From NCBI GenBank assembly GCA_964035545.1, contig OZ037770.1:11490463-11554462 (forward strand): DNA of 64,000 nucleotides, read 5' to 3'. Below, piece after piece: positions 1 through 11,756 of this stretch; position 1 is the first letter of the stretch; each line of letters opens with the position of its first letter. Both the position numbers and the translations under genes were made by a program. Source of the DNA: Bugula neritina. Lineage: Eukaryota; Animalia; Bryozoa. The notes under the pieces are model-generated. The model worked only from the letters and a program-made list of their open reading frames with translations. It searched no databases and was not told the DNA's origin.

Positions 1-539
1 GAACGGGAAGATTTGATATTGAGAAGCGTGTACTGTAGGAGTGAACAATTAAACTTTTGTAAAAAATTTTTGCAGTATATTTTTAAAAAAGATTTTTTGC
101 ATCACACAGCCCCTCTGACAGGAGTGGCTGTTATAAACCATTTGAGTTTTATGACCTCCTCAGTAGATCTGAGATTAAATTAAATTAAATCAATGGTAGA
201 GTTTGAGTCAATGTGATATTAAACGATCTGTTTTATTATTGCTTTCAGAATTATTATGTTTTCATAGCTTTTTGTTATGTCATTGAGGAATTAAAATAAC
301 CTTACCTATGTGATAACTCTATCCAGCAGGCTGTAATGCGAAAAATTGTTTCTGTATATAATATTAGTTTGTTGTTCATCCAGTAGTCTTAGCATGTAGT
401 GATATTTCAACTTCTCACTACCTTCTTGTTATGTAGTACTGGTTACTTGACTGTCTAACTACTGTAAGGTTATATTACTGTAGTGCTATCAGGTTATTGA
501 AATGTGGGCTTTTTTCATTTACTTTCATTTAAATTCTAG

Positions 540-3455
540 ATTCTAAACACGACATGGTTAATCTAGATGACTTAATCAAAGAGCTTATCAATATAGATGA
601 TCTTCTCACCACTGAAGACAAGATGTCTGCTTTCTTCAAACACCTTTCTAAAACTGTGTCAGACTTTGAGAATGAGACGGAGGAATTGCTGAATATTCTT
701 CATACACAGCGTGATGAACAGGTTCTGTGTTTATAGAAATACTTTGTGTTAGTCTGTAATCTACATTCTGTAGTCAGGTGTTAGTACAACATTGCAATAC
801 TAATACTTAAGAGTAACAGTTAGGTGACTAGCTACTATTCTGTTTTGACTTTAGAATTTAGAAATGTTAAGCAGAAGATATGTGCAGTTTTTTAACTCAG
901 TTTTGGAAAACTTTTTTCTAATAAGTTGTCAATATTCTACAATGTGATGATACAATGTATGATGTAGTTGACTGAAGTGAGACTAAAGTATGAGAAACTG
1001 GAGATGGAATTCTTAGCTAGTAGAAACAAGACTAAAGAGGAGCTGAACCGATACATGGAAAGAGAAGTTGAAACTGTTTTGTCTCAACTGAGTAACAGTA
1101 GAATGAAGATAGAAGCTCAACTTCGACAAAACCATCAGGTGAGCAGTGTTTATGAAATATATTTATAATAGGTCTTTAAAAATAACTAAGCTTATTATTG
1201 TCATTTATTTCTGTTTCAGATTTACTTCAATATTAAAAAAAAGTGAAAATAAAATAATTTACACAACTTATTGTTTTACATTTGCTGCAACTATCTTCAC
1301 ACCAGCCTTGATTATTCACTTCGTTTACAGCTGTAAAAATGTTAACAATCTGCAAGCTAAGACATCATATCTGTATAGCTATAACATCATATCCGTATAG
1401 TTATGGCATCATATCTGTATAGTTATGGCATTATATCTGTATAGTTATGATATCATAGCTGTATAGTTATGACATCATAGCTGTATAGTTATGACATCAT
1501 ATCTGTATAGTTATGACATCATAGCTGTATAGTTATGACATCATATCCGTATAGTTATGGCATCATATCTGTATAGTTATGGCATCATATCTGTATAGTT
1601 ATGATATCATAGCTGTATAGTTATGACATCATAGCTGTATAGTTATGACAGCATATCTGTATAGTTATGACATCATAGCTGTATAGTTATGACATCATAG
1701 CTGTATAGTTGTGACATCATAGCTGTATAGTCATGACATCATGATTATACAATTTTGTCAGCCCAAGTAAAGTTGTAGAGCTTAAGACTTGGCTTAAAGC
1801 AAGACTTGAATTTGTGAATGTCACAATTTCCACCTCTAAATTCCACATTACAACTACACTTTGAAATAAAATACAATGTATAGTTTATATTTGTATCTGT
1901 TAGTCGCCACATTTGTGTTCCGTGTGTACCATATGTATTATAATTGGTAATGTTGACATTTTTATGCATATCATTATGTAAACATCCACAGGGCTGACAA
2001 CTCTTATTAAATGAAGTTATCTCCACATATCCCTACATGCTGATGCTTAGTGCATACTATGCTATGCTTGTTTACTGTAGGTGGATCTGGTTGAAGGATT
2101 TGCAGAGATTAAAGAAAGAATACAGAGACTGATATCTGTTGAGATACCTAAACTAGAGCTGTGTGATGTCATGTCTCTAAAGGTCAAAGGTTAGCATACT
2201 ACGCTGGAGATTCTAGCACAGTATTATACTACTAATATTTTTAAAAGCTTCTAATAATCATGTATCTGCATTATATAATATAACTTTAACATTTGGCATC
2301 TTATCTGAATATTAACCCCATGTGTGTGAAACTACTGGTTTGAAAATTTGAGTTTCTGTTCAAATAGCCCTGTGTCTAGGTTTACTCAGAGTTTCTATTA
2401 ATATAATTTATACACATACTCACTTTTATATGACATACATATTATATATACATACTCACTTATATATAAGTATACACACATACACACACATTTACATGTA
2501 TATTGTAGAAGAGAAGAGAGACATAGAAGTAGACTTGGTTCCTGCAGCAGACATGATTATTAGTTTAGATCCTCCTGAATCTATCAAACTCTTACAGTCT
2601 GTTGATGTTTCTAGTTACTGTTATTCTGTCTGTAAATATGAGAGTAACACTTATGTAGGGCTGGATAGTGCAGGGATAGACAGAATAGATGAGAGTTTCA
2701 GTGTTTCCAAGTCTTTTATTTCTACTACTAACAATGTAACTGGAGTCACAGTACATAGGAAAAGGCTGTATTCTGTACAGGGTAATACAGTGTCTGTGTA
2801 TGATCTTACTGGGAAACAGGTGACCAGCTGGTCTCACCATGATAACTGTGGGTATATAAACAAACTTGTTATTGTTGATGATCAGGTTGTAGTTCCTGAT
2901 AGAGGCAGTAAAAGGCTTACAATCTACTCTCTTACTGGGAAAGTAATTAAACATGTCTCCTGCCCTCTACTCAGTAAGGATGCTGTAGCAATATGTGCAG
3001 CAGACAGACATTGTGTAGTAGTTTCTGATTATGGTTCCTCTCAAGTATTTAAAATAGACTTGACAACAGCGAAAGTCATCTGGACATGCAAGGATGTATC
3101 TCAACCACTAAGTGTGACCTGCTATAGAAGTAGATATATTCTTGTGACTAACTGCAGCAGTAAAACCACCATCTGGATACTGGGTGTGGAGACAGGTTAG
3201 TTTTACATTGGTTAGTTAACTACTGTTACTAATATAATAGTATTTCTCACAGTCTCACACTATAAAATATACTATGCTATGTACTAGTGATGACACACTA
3301 ATACATCATTTCCTGTTACAGGTACACAACTGTCCAAAGTGGACGATCCAACTGATAGAGCTAGGAGTAGTGTGTGTGATCTCCATGTGTATAAAGACAC
3401 TCTGATTGTACCTAGATACAGTGAGAAGAAAGTTCTGTTTTACCAGCTAAACTAA
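540..3455 (+). CDS. TRIM (RBCC + NHL-like propeller) copy C1, 5'-partial (exons 1-3 lie before the window)
   Basis: Exons 540-721, 968-1138, 2081-2189, 2509-3195, 3322-3455 with GT-AG boundaries and continuous frame ending ...KKVLFYQLN*. Near-identical to C5. Confidence 0.88.
1361..1743. repeat. 22-bp minisatellite (GACATCATAGCTGTATAGTTAT)n, about 17 units, intron 5 of C1
   Basis: Direct tandem repeats with period 22 and no unique spacers. Confidence 0.95.
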
Positions 3456-4623
3456 ACAGGTGTGTGACAGGATATTATTCCATCTTGTGGTACATTTATT
3501 ATATTGTTTATCACACTAGACTCTGTTTGAATACATTTGGTGCTCAACTCTGTGTTTTCTACTAATGTACATATTTGTGATGATATGTCTGAGATGTACA
3601 ACTTCTACATATAGACTGTGCCTGTTATTTCTAGATGATTCTCAAAGTTGACTCGGTAGAATGAGTTCTTCAACACGGAGCTATGATAGAGTGTGGGAAG
3701 CTGTATGACGTCCCAGTAACTAACTTATACACCTAAACCTAACTAATTTCAAGAAATAATTTATTATCACTTGTACCAAACAGCCTTTTCCACACAACCT
3801 GCAAGACTTCACGGTATTAACTGGCCTGTAACTTTATATATCTAACATGATTTGCATTGAATGGTCATGTAGAGATCAATGTGATCCTCATGGTAACTCT
3901 AAGTCTAAGTCTACATTTCCTACAGACTGAAATACTATTATATCACAATGTTTATTGTTTACTATCAAATACTAACCACTACTACTGCATTAATTTTGCT
4001 GTATACTTTATATGCTAGTTTCAATTCACTGTATTTGTATGTCAAGTTATTATTTTATATAATGTATTATATAACCTGTTTGATATTGTGTGATCATCTC
4101 ATCATTTGATTGGCTGTCATGGAATATAATATTCAAAGTGATTAATTATTCCAGTATATTCTATAAACAGTGAATAAATTAGAGTGACTATGGTTACTAA
4201 TGGCAACATATTTTACTATAAACACATCACCATTTCTCATTCCAGTAAAATAGTTTACAGCATTTCTACTCTGTGTAGAGTATAACATTAGCAATGTTGT
4301 AGTTACTTGTAGATGCAGAGTTGTAGATTCTCACTTGAGTTAGAACTTGAGTTATAAGAGAAGTTAGCTTACCTTGACATCTTGCTATCAGCAAATATAC
4401 CATGTAGACCACCTTTTATTCTTGTTCAGTAAAATGTTTATAATGTATAGAAAGAAAATTACTATTAAAATATTGGTACAGCATGTGGATTCTTGCTCAT
4501 GTTGGGTTATTGGACAAGCAAGGTACTTTTACTTCTTGCTATTGGAAAAATTGTCATAAATTGATCATTGCTTTAAAACAGGATGAGTTATGTAATACAC
4601 CACTTTTACACATTTTCAAGTTT

Positions 4624-4678
4624 CAAGTTACCTGTATAAGTTACCTTCATAAGTTACCTGTATAAGTTACCTGTATAA
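4624..4678. repeat. 13-bp tandem repeat (TAAGTTACCTGTA)n; also near 18160-18218 and 51304-51370
   Basis: About four tandem units in each type-A spacer. Confidence 0.8.
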
Positions 4679-5053
4679 ATTCCAACCATACTTACAGGTT
4701 TCTCCTGCATCATGCCAGTGAATTTATATGTTTTACAGCTGCTTAAATGTTTTATATTTAAGCTTAGTGCAAAAGTGCTAAATAAACGAGCAATGGCTCT
4801 ACATATAGTTATTTTAGACTATAAGATGATCACTATAATATTGAAATGAAAATTGAGTTTTGAGAACTTGTTTTGAGAACTTGTTTTGAGTTGTGGGCAA
4901 AGGCTGACTTCATAGCATAACATGTACGAAACTACTTCTATTTGTGACAGTTTGATGCATAAAACGCAGCTGTTTATGCTTGTGTTGTTGTAAGAGTTCA
5001 TTTACATAACACAGAGTGCAAATTATAGTTTTATTTGGAGCTTTACGTCGCTT

Positions 5054-5210
5054 GGTCACGTGACCGTATAACCATAAAGACTTGTCATCGTGATGTGCAG
5101 CTAGAATCATCCCCGAGCAATTATCAATTTTAACTTCAGTAATGTTTGTACGAAAACAAGAGGGGGTAACCCTTAGGACAAAAAATTCAGCTAGTTTGAC
5201 GTCATTTCCG
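5054..5210 (+). promoter_or_regulatory. Putative type-A promoter upstream of C2: palindromic E-box GGTCACGTGACC (5054-5065), kB-like GGGGGTAACCC (5162), CRE TGACGTCA (5197-5204) overlapping ETS-like TTTCCG
   Basis: CpG-containing motif cluster in AT-rich DNA, about 0.8-1 kb upstream of the ATG and conserved upstream of C4 and C7. Function is inferred. Confidence 0.5.
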
Positions 5211-5689
5211 AAAGAGGCGTTTCACTGTTCCAGGCAAAGTTCTACTTTGAGTTTGACTGCAAATCGCGAAAGGAAGCTGTCCTTGGAGTCAAGCTTTTGC
5301 CCGAAGAACAGGGTATCAGTTTAAGATTCTGTCTGTTACAAGACTCCATTGTGTGAGATTGGGAACTTGAGCAAAACGTAGGTTAGTTTGATTTGCTTCA
5401 ATATAATTCTACTACGTGCTACCATAAGTGTGAGGGTGTCATTCAGTTTGACAAAAGAATACTTCTGAATATCTTTAAATACCTTTGAGTTTGAAAACAT
5501 AGAACATTTGGGAACACTCTAGGTTATGGAAGTGTCTCATTTTTTTACTGCGTGGAGGGGTGTTAGGTGATACTTATGTTGATTTTTATTTTATATGCTC
5601 TCTCTGGTGTATCTTATGGTTTCTTGAAAAACTGACTGCCAAGGTGCACTTCTGAGTTTGTGTATTTAGATTTTAGTTAACGCGAGCAG

Positions 5690-5935
5690 CAGACCTAGTG
5701 TTTATTGACATGTTTTGGTGACCTCCTGTGATCTCACCATATGCTATATGCCAAATTTGAGTGTTGTTGTTCTTTGTGTAAAATGAGCATAAGAAGATTG
5801 AGTCGATGAGTCTTTCGTCTCTGTTTGAGAGACTGAAGGTCAAGCTGAGAGCATGCCTCGGTGACACTTTCTCGTCCCTTTAATCCAGTAATATATCTAA
5901 CCACCCTGTGCTGTAGCATTTCTAGAGACTCAATG
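5690..5935 (-). mobile_element. Non-LTR retrotransposon (LINE) RT C-terminal fragment; copies near 19210-19440 and 52350-52617
   Basis: Minus-strand translation QHRVVRYITGLKGRESVTEACSQLDLQSLKQRRKTHRLNLL resembles the Q-R-A-R-F...SVT..L..L.L.SL..RR...RL tail of LINE ORF2. Confidence 0.7.
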
Positions 5936-6023
5936 TCTAAATTCTCTCATTACACTGAACTACATGGGATCTGAATACACTTTATAATATTTTCTCCTGT
6001 TTTATAATATAGAGTTGAGTGAA

Positions 6024-9000
6024 ATGGCTGCAGCAGAAGAAGTTGAGTGTGGATTCTGTTTACTAAAAGAAGGTTTAGAGAATCCCAAGTGTCTACCATG
6101 TGGTCATGTACACTGTTTACTATGTCTTACTCGTAATGTTGATGTGAATGACATGATCAGGTGTCCCTGGTGTAGGTAAGTTAGTTTTGTATAGGCAAAG
6201 CTGAGACATATTGTTGGTAGAAAAATAGTGATTTACATCATGTGTTTAATCTTATACTGAATTTTTACATTACGTTGTATATATTTTTAATTACTACTGA
6301 ATAATTATGTGTCTTGTCACAGAGAAGTGTTTGATGTGAGAGTGGAGAGTCTTCCATCTGCTGATGTAGAGGACAACTCCGTATCATGTGACGTCTGCAC
6401 TAAAAAGGGACTGAACAAAGTACCAGCCATCATATACTGTACTGTGTGCCGTAAACTTTTCTGCAGAAAACATGATGAGGTGATACTTTCATTAAATACT
6501 TCTTCAGTTGATGTCCAACACTGCATACTCTAACTCAGCCTCTGATTACATGTTGTTGTACTTGAATGTTGATTTATAAGAAAGTACTGAGAGATCATGT
6601 TTCACTTTTATCTGTTTTATCTGCTCTCCTGCAAACTGCACATTTATTTTTAGACTTTGTGTTGGTGAGAATTTGTATGTTCCTATAAATATTTGTAAAT
6701 GTTTATAATATCATGTATTTGTAAGTTTCGTTTCTTTTCCACTATATGGATAGTGGAGTTATATTTCTCAGTAAATGTATATTCTGTTATATTCAGTTAC
6801 ATGATGAAATTGGAGATGACCACCAGAAGATGACCATCTCGGACTACAGAATACAAGCCAAGAGACTGGAGAAACGAGTTTGTCCCAAACACACAGCATA
6901 TCCCTACATACAAGGATGTAGAGTCTGTCTTCAGTTATTCTGTATGCAGTGCACATCTCAGACTAACTTTTGTGTTGGAGGTAAGAGGTTCTACTGAAAG
7001 CTATTTGCTAGACATTGGGAAATTTGATAAACTATATTACTATCTCAGTAACTCTTGTAATAAAGCTGCCTCCTCCAGGAATCAAACTTCAGTCCTCCAA
7101 CTAGCAATCTAACGTGCTACCCATTACACTATGATGGCTACTAGGGTATCACAACACTAGAAATCTGAAGCTAGTATAGAGAGATGGTTTACTTACTTTA
7201 CTTATAGTAGAATTTTCTACCTCGTTATTTATAAACTAGAGTTTCAGCAGTAGGCAAATCATTCTTAAATTCTAAAATGTAGTCGATTGAACATTTAAGA
7301 TAAAAATTAGAAATAATGAATGTAGGGCAATAGTAAGGCATTCATGATGATATATAATAATAATTATTTATGTAGCTATTATTATGTCTATTAGTATAGA
7401 TAGAAACTCCCCATTTTGTCAAGTCCGCACACTTAATGCAAAAGCTGTACAAATAGTGGTTATGAGTGCTGTATTCCGTCAAATCTGAGTGAATTTTTGT
7501 AAATTCAAATGTCACTCACTTATACAGCCTGTCTAAGCTTTGTCACGATTTTGCCACGGTGAAGTTTAGTTTTTATTTTCATTTTAGACTCACCACATCA
7601 CATGGTTAATCTAGATGACTTAATCAAAGAGGTTATCAATATAGATGATCTTCTCACCACTGAAGACAAGATGTCTGCTTTCTTCAAACACCTTTCTAAA
7701 ACTGTGTCAGACTTTGATAATGAGACGGAGGAATTGCTGAATATTCTTCATACACAGCGTGATGAACAGGTTGTGTGTTTATAGATAATACTTTCTGTTA
7801 CTCTGTAATCTACATTCTGTATTCAGGTGTTAGTAAAGCATTGTAATACTAATACTTAAGAGTAACAGTTAGGTGACTAGCTACTATTCTGCGTTTATTA
7901 AGACACTGTTTTGACTTTAGAATTTCGAAATGTTATGCGGAAGATATGTGCAGTTTTTTAACTCAATTTTGGAAAACTTTTTCTAATAAGTTGTCAATAT
8001 TCTACAATGTGCTGGTACAATGTATGATGTAGTTGACTGAAGTGAGACTAAAGTATGAGAAACTGGAGAAGGAATTCTTAGCTAGTAGAAAGAAGACTAA
8101 AGAGGAGCTGAACAGATACATGGAGAGAGAAGTTGAAACTGTTTTGTCTCAACTGAGTAACAGTAGAATGAAGATAGAAGCTCAGCTTAAACAAAACCAC
8201 CAGGTAAGCAGTGTTCACCAACTGTTTACTATATACGTTTAGATTATGTTTTTGTGAATCTTTAAGACTGCACCAGCATGCTGTACATACATGAAATGCG
8301 TTGAAAGTTAAAGGAAGTAATATAAGACTTATGTTGACCATCGCCATGCTCAATTACTTATATCCGTTTTAGCTTTATAGTTGTGTGCTTACAGACTTCG
8401 ATGTCCTCCAATATGGTAGTTAAAAGAATTGTTTTATAGTTGTATTGTTCTAAATTTGTAAAGTTCACAACTTTCACCAAAATCGATATATGTTACTAAG
8501 TAGTAGGTATACTAACTATAGTTTATCTAAATAGTTGATTTGGTGCAATATGCTTGTACCAGGCACACCAAGCTTTTTACCCATTTGTTACTTTATTGGA
8601 ACTGTCGCACAAAAGATTAGGAAGTTCTAACTAAAGAGACTGTTTTTTAGTCCCACTGGCCAATGCTATGGTTATGTATTGTAGGTGGATCTGGTTGAAG
8701 GATTTGCAGAGATTAAAGAGAGAATAGAGAGATTGATATCTGTTGAGATACCTAAACTAAAGCTGTGTGATGTCATGTCTCTAGAGGTCAAAGGTTAGTA
8801 TACTAAACTAGAACTGTGTGATATCATGTCTCTAAAGGTCAAAGGTTTGTATACTAAACTAGAGCTGTATGATATCATGTCTCTAAAGGTCAATGGTTAG
8901 TATACTAAACTAGAGCTGTATGATGTCATGTCTCTAAAGGTCAAAGGTTAGTATACTATACTAGAGCTGTGTGATATCATGTCTCTAAAGGTCAAAGGTT

Positions 9001-10310
9001 AGTATACTAAACTAGAGCTGTATGAAGTCATGTCTCTAAAGGTCAAAGGTTAGCATACTAGACTGTAGAATTCTTGTACTAGTGCACCTTTAATAAGATA
9101 TTTAAAATAATCATGTATCTGCATTGCAACTGATAAGTGCTCTTCATGTGTGTGCAACTACTGGTTAGAAAATTTGAATATCAGTTGAAATAGCCCTGTG
9201 TGTAGGAGTCAGAGTTTCTATTAATATAACTTATATACATACTCACTTTTATATGACATACATATTTTATATATATACTCACTTATATATTAGTATACAC
9301 ACATACACACATATTCACATGTATATTGTAGAAGAGAAGAGAGACATAGAAGTAGACTTGGTTCCTGCAGCAGACATGATTATTAGTTTAGATCAAGGAG
9401 TAACAATCCCTACTCTTCCTAAATCTCTCAAACTCTTGCAGTCTGTTGATGTTTCTGGTTACTGTTGGTCTGTCTGTAAATATGAGAGTAACACTTATGT
9501 GGGGCTGGGTAGTGGTGCAGGAATAGACAGAATAGATGAGAGTTTCAGTGTTTCCAAGTCTTTTATTTCTCTTACTAACTCTGTAGTTGGAGTCACAATA
9601 CATAAGGATAAGCTGTATGCTCTAGAGCTTATCGGCAGCACTAGTTGGGCAGTACATGTGTATGATCTTACTGGGAAACAGGTGACCAGCTGGTCTCATC
9701 ATGATAATTGTGGGTATGTAAACGAAATTGTTATTGTTGATGGCCAGTTTGTAGTTCCTGATAGAGGCAATAAAAGACTTACAATCTACCCTCTTACTGG
9801 GAAGGTAATTAAACATGTCTCCTGCTCTTTACTCAGTAACAATGCTGTAGCAATATGTGCAGCAGACAGACATTGTGTAGTAGTTTCTGACTATGGTTCC
9901 TCTCAAGTATTTAAATTAGACTTGACAACAGAGAAAGTCATCTGGACATGCAAGGATGTATCTCAACCACGTGGTGTGACCTGCTATAGAAGTAAATATA
10001 TTCTTGTGACTAACCGCAGCAGTAAAACCACCATCTGGATACGGAGACAGGTTAGTTTTACATTGGTTAGTTAACTACTGTTACCTAGATATTAGTATTT
10101 CTCACAGTCTCACACTATAAAATATACTATGCTAAGTACTAATGATGATACACTAATACATCATTTCCTGTTACAGGTACACAACTGTCCAAAGTAGAAG
10201 ATCCAACTGATAGAGCTATGAGTAATGTGTTAGATCTTCATGTGTTTAAAGACACTCTGATTGTCCCCAGACGTAAAGAGAAGAAAGTTCTGTTTTACCA
10301 GCTAAACTAA
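6024..10310 (+). pseudogene. TRIM copy C2; complete exon set but a 7-nt deletion at the end of exon 7 puts the last exon out of frame
   Basis: Exons 6024-6175 (C3HC4 RING CGFC..CGHVHCLLC..CPWC), 6323-6479 (B-box1), 6797-6980 (B-box2), 7588-7769, 8033-8203, 8685-8793, 9332-10050, 10177-10310. ATACGGAGACAG here versus ATACTGGATGTGGAGACAG in paralogs. Confidence 0.75.
8750..9058 (+). repeat. 51-bp tandem repeat of the exon-6 3' end plus splice donor (6 donors) in C2
   Basis: GT donors at 8794, 8845, 8896, 8947, 8998 and 9049. Confidence 0.92.
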
Positions 10311-11756
10311 ACAGGTGTGTGACAGGATATTCCATCTTGTGATACATTTATTATATTGTTTATCTCACTAGACTCTGTTTGAATACATCTGGTGCTCAAC
10401 TCTGTGTTTTCTACTAATGTACATATTTGTGATGATATGTCTGAGATGTACAACTTCTACATATACACTGTGTCTGTTATTTCTAGATGATTCTCAAAGT
10501 TGACTCGGTAGACTAAGTTTTTCAACACAGAGCTATGATAGAGTGTGGAAAGCTGTGTGACGTCCCAGTAACTAACATATTTAGCTATACATTGTGCGGA
10601 AGGCTGTATGACGTCTCAGTAACTAATTTATACCTCTTAACATAACTAATTTCAAGTAACAATTTGTACCAGGCCTATTCCAAGCAGCCTTCACGACTTT
10701 AATGTATATTTTATTTTGACTTCAATGTATTTGCTAGCATGTCACATTTTATATATCTTACCTGATTTGTATATTTAACCTCATGTAGAGATCAATGTGA
10801 TCCTCATGGTAACTCTAAGTTCACATTTACTAAAAACTAAAATATTGTTATATCACAATGTTTATTATTTACTATCAAATATCCAACACTACTGCTACAT
10901 TAAGTTTACTGTATACTTTATATGCTAGTTTCCATTCACTGTATTTGTATGTCAAGTTATTATATTATATAATGTATTATATAACCTGTTTGATATTGTG
11001 TGATCATCTCATCATTTGATTGGCTGTCATAGAATATAATAGTCTAAGTGATTAATTATTTCAATATATTCTATAAACAGTGAATAAATTAAAGTGATTA
11101 CAGCTACTAATAGCAGATTATTTTACTATAAATACAGATCACCATGTCTTATTCCTGTAAAATAGTTTACAGAATTTCTACTCTGTGTAGAGTATAACAT
11201 TAGCAATGCTGTAGTTACTTGTAGATGCAGAGTTGTAGATTCTTACTTGAGTTAGAACTTGTGTTATAAGAGAAGTTAGCTTACCTTGACATCTTGCTAT
11301 CAGCAAATTTACCATGTAGACCACCTTTTATTCATGTTCAGTAAAATGTTTATAATATATAGAAAGAAAATAACTATTAAAATATTGGTACAGCATGTAG
11401 ATTTTTGCTCATGTTGGATTATTAGATAAGCAAGGTACTTTTACTTCTTGCTATTAGAAACATTGTCATAAACTGATCATTGCTTTAACATAGGATGACT
11501 AAGAGTTATGTAATACACCACTTTTATACATGCCCAGCCAGTTTCAAGGGCATGCATGAGATGGACACAAATCAAAGCTGATGTCAAGTATAACGTTGCT
11601 TTATTACGGCTGGAGACAAAACTGATACTTCGGAATAAATAATTTATATCTCGGACTGATTTTTTTTAAAATAATTAATTAGAGCTCAAAATTTGTACTA
11701 ATATCCATATCATGTAACAGAAATTTAAATCTCTCCATCTCTCTAACTATAATATA

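Noticed and set aside
1361-1743. 22-bp and 51-bp repeats as CRISPR-like arrays
   Set aside because: Head-to-tail units without unique spacers, in eukaryotic introns, with no cas genes.
2430-2508. ORF-track N-termini such as MTYILYIHTH and stand-alone ORFs MVNLDD, MTEVRL, MSCHRE
   Set aside because: These are exons of spliced TRIM genes read into flanking intron; AG/GT boundaries explain them.
6024-10310. Assigning a vertebrate symbol (TRIM2, TRIM3, TRIM56, TRIM71)
   Set aside because: Architecture is similar but there is no filamin domain and orthology cannot be established by eye; this is probably a lineage-specific expansion.
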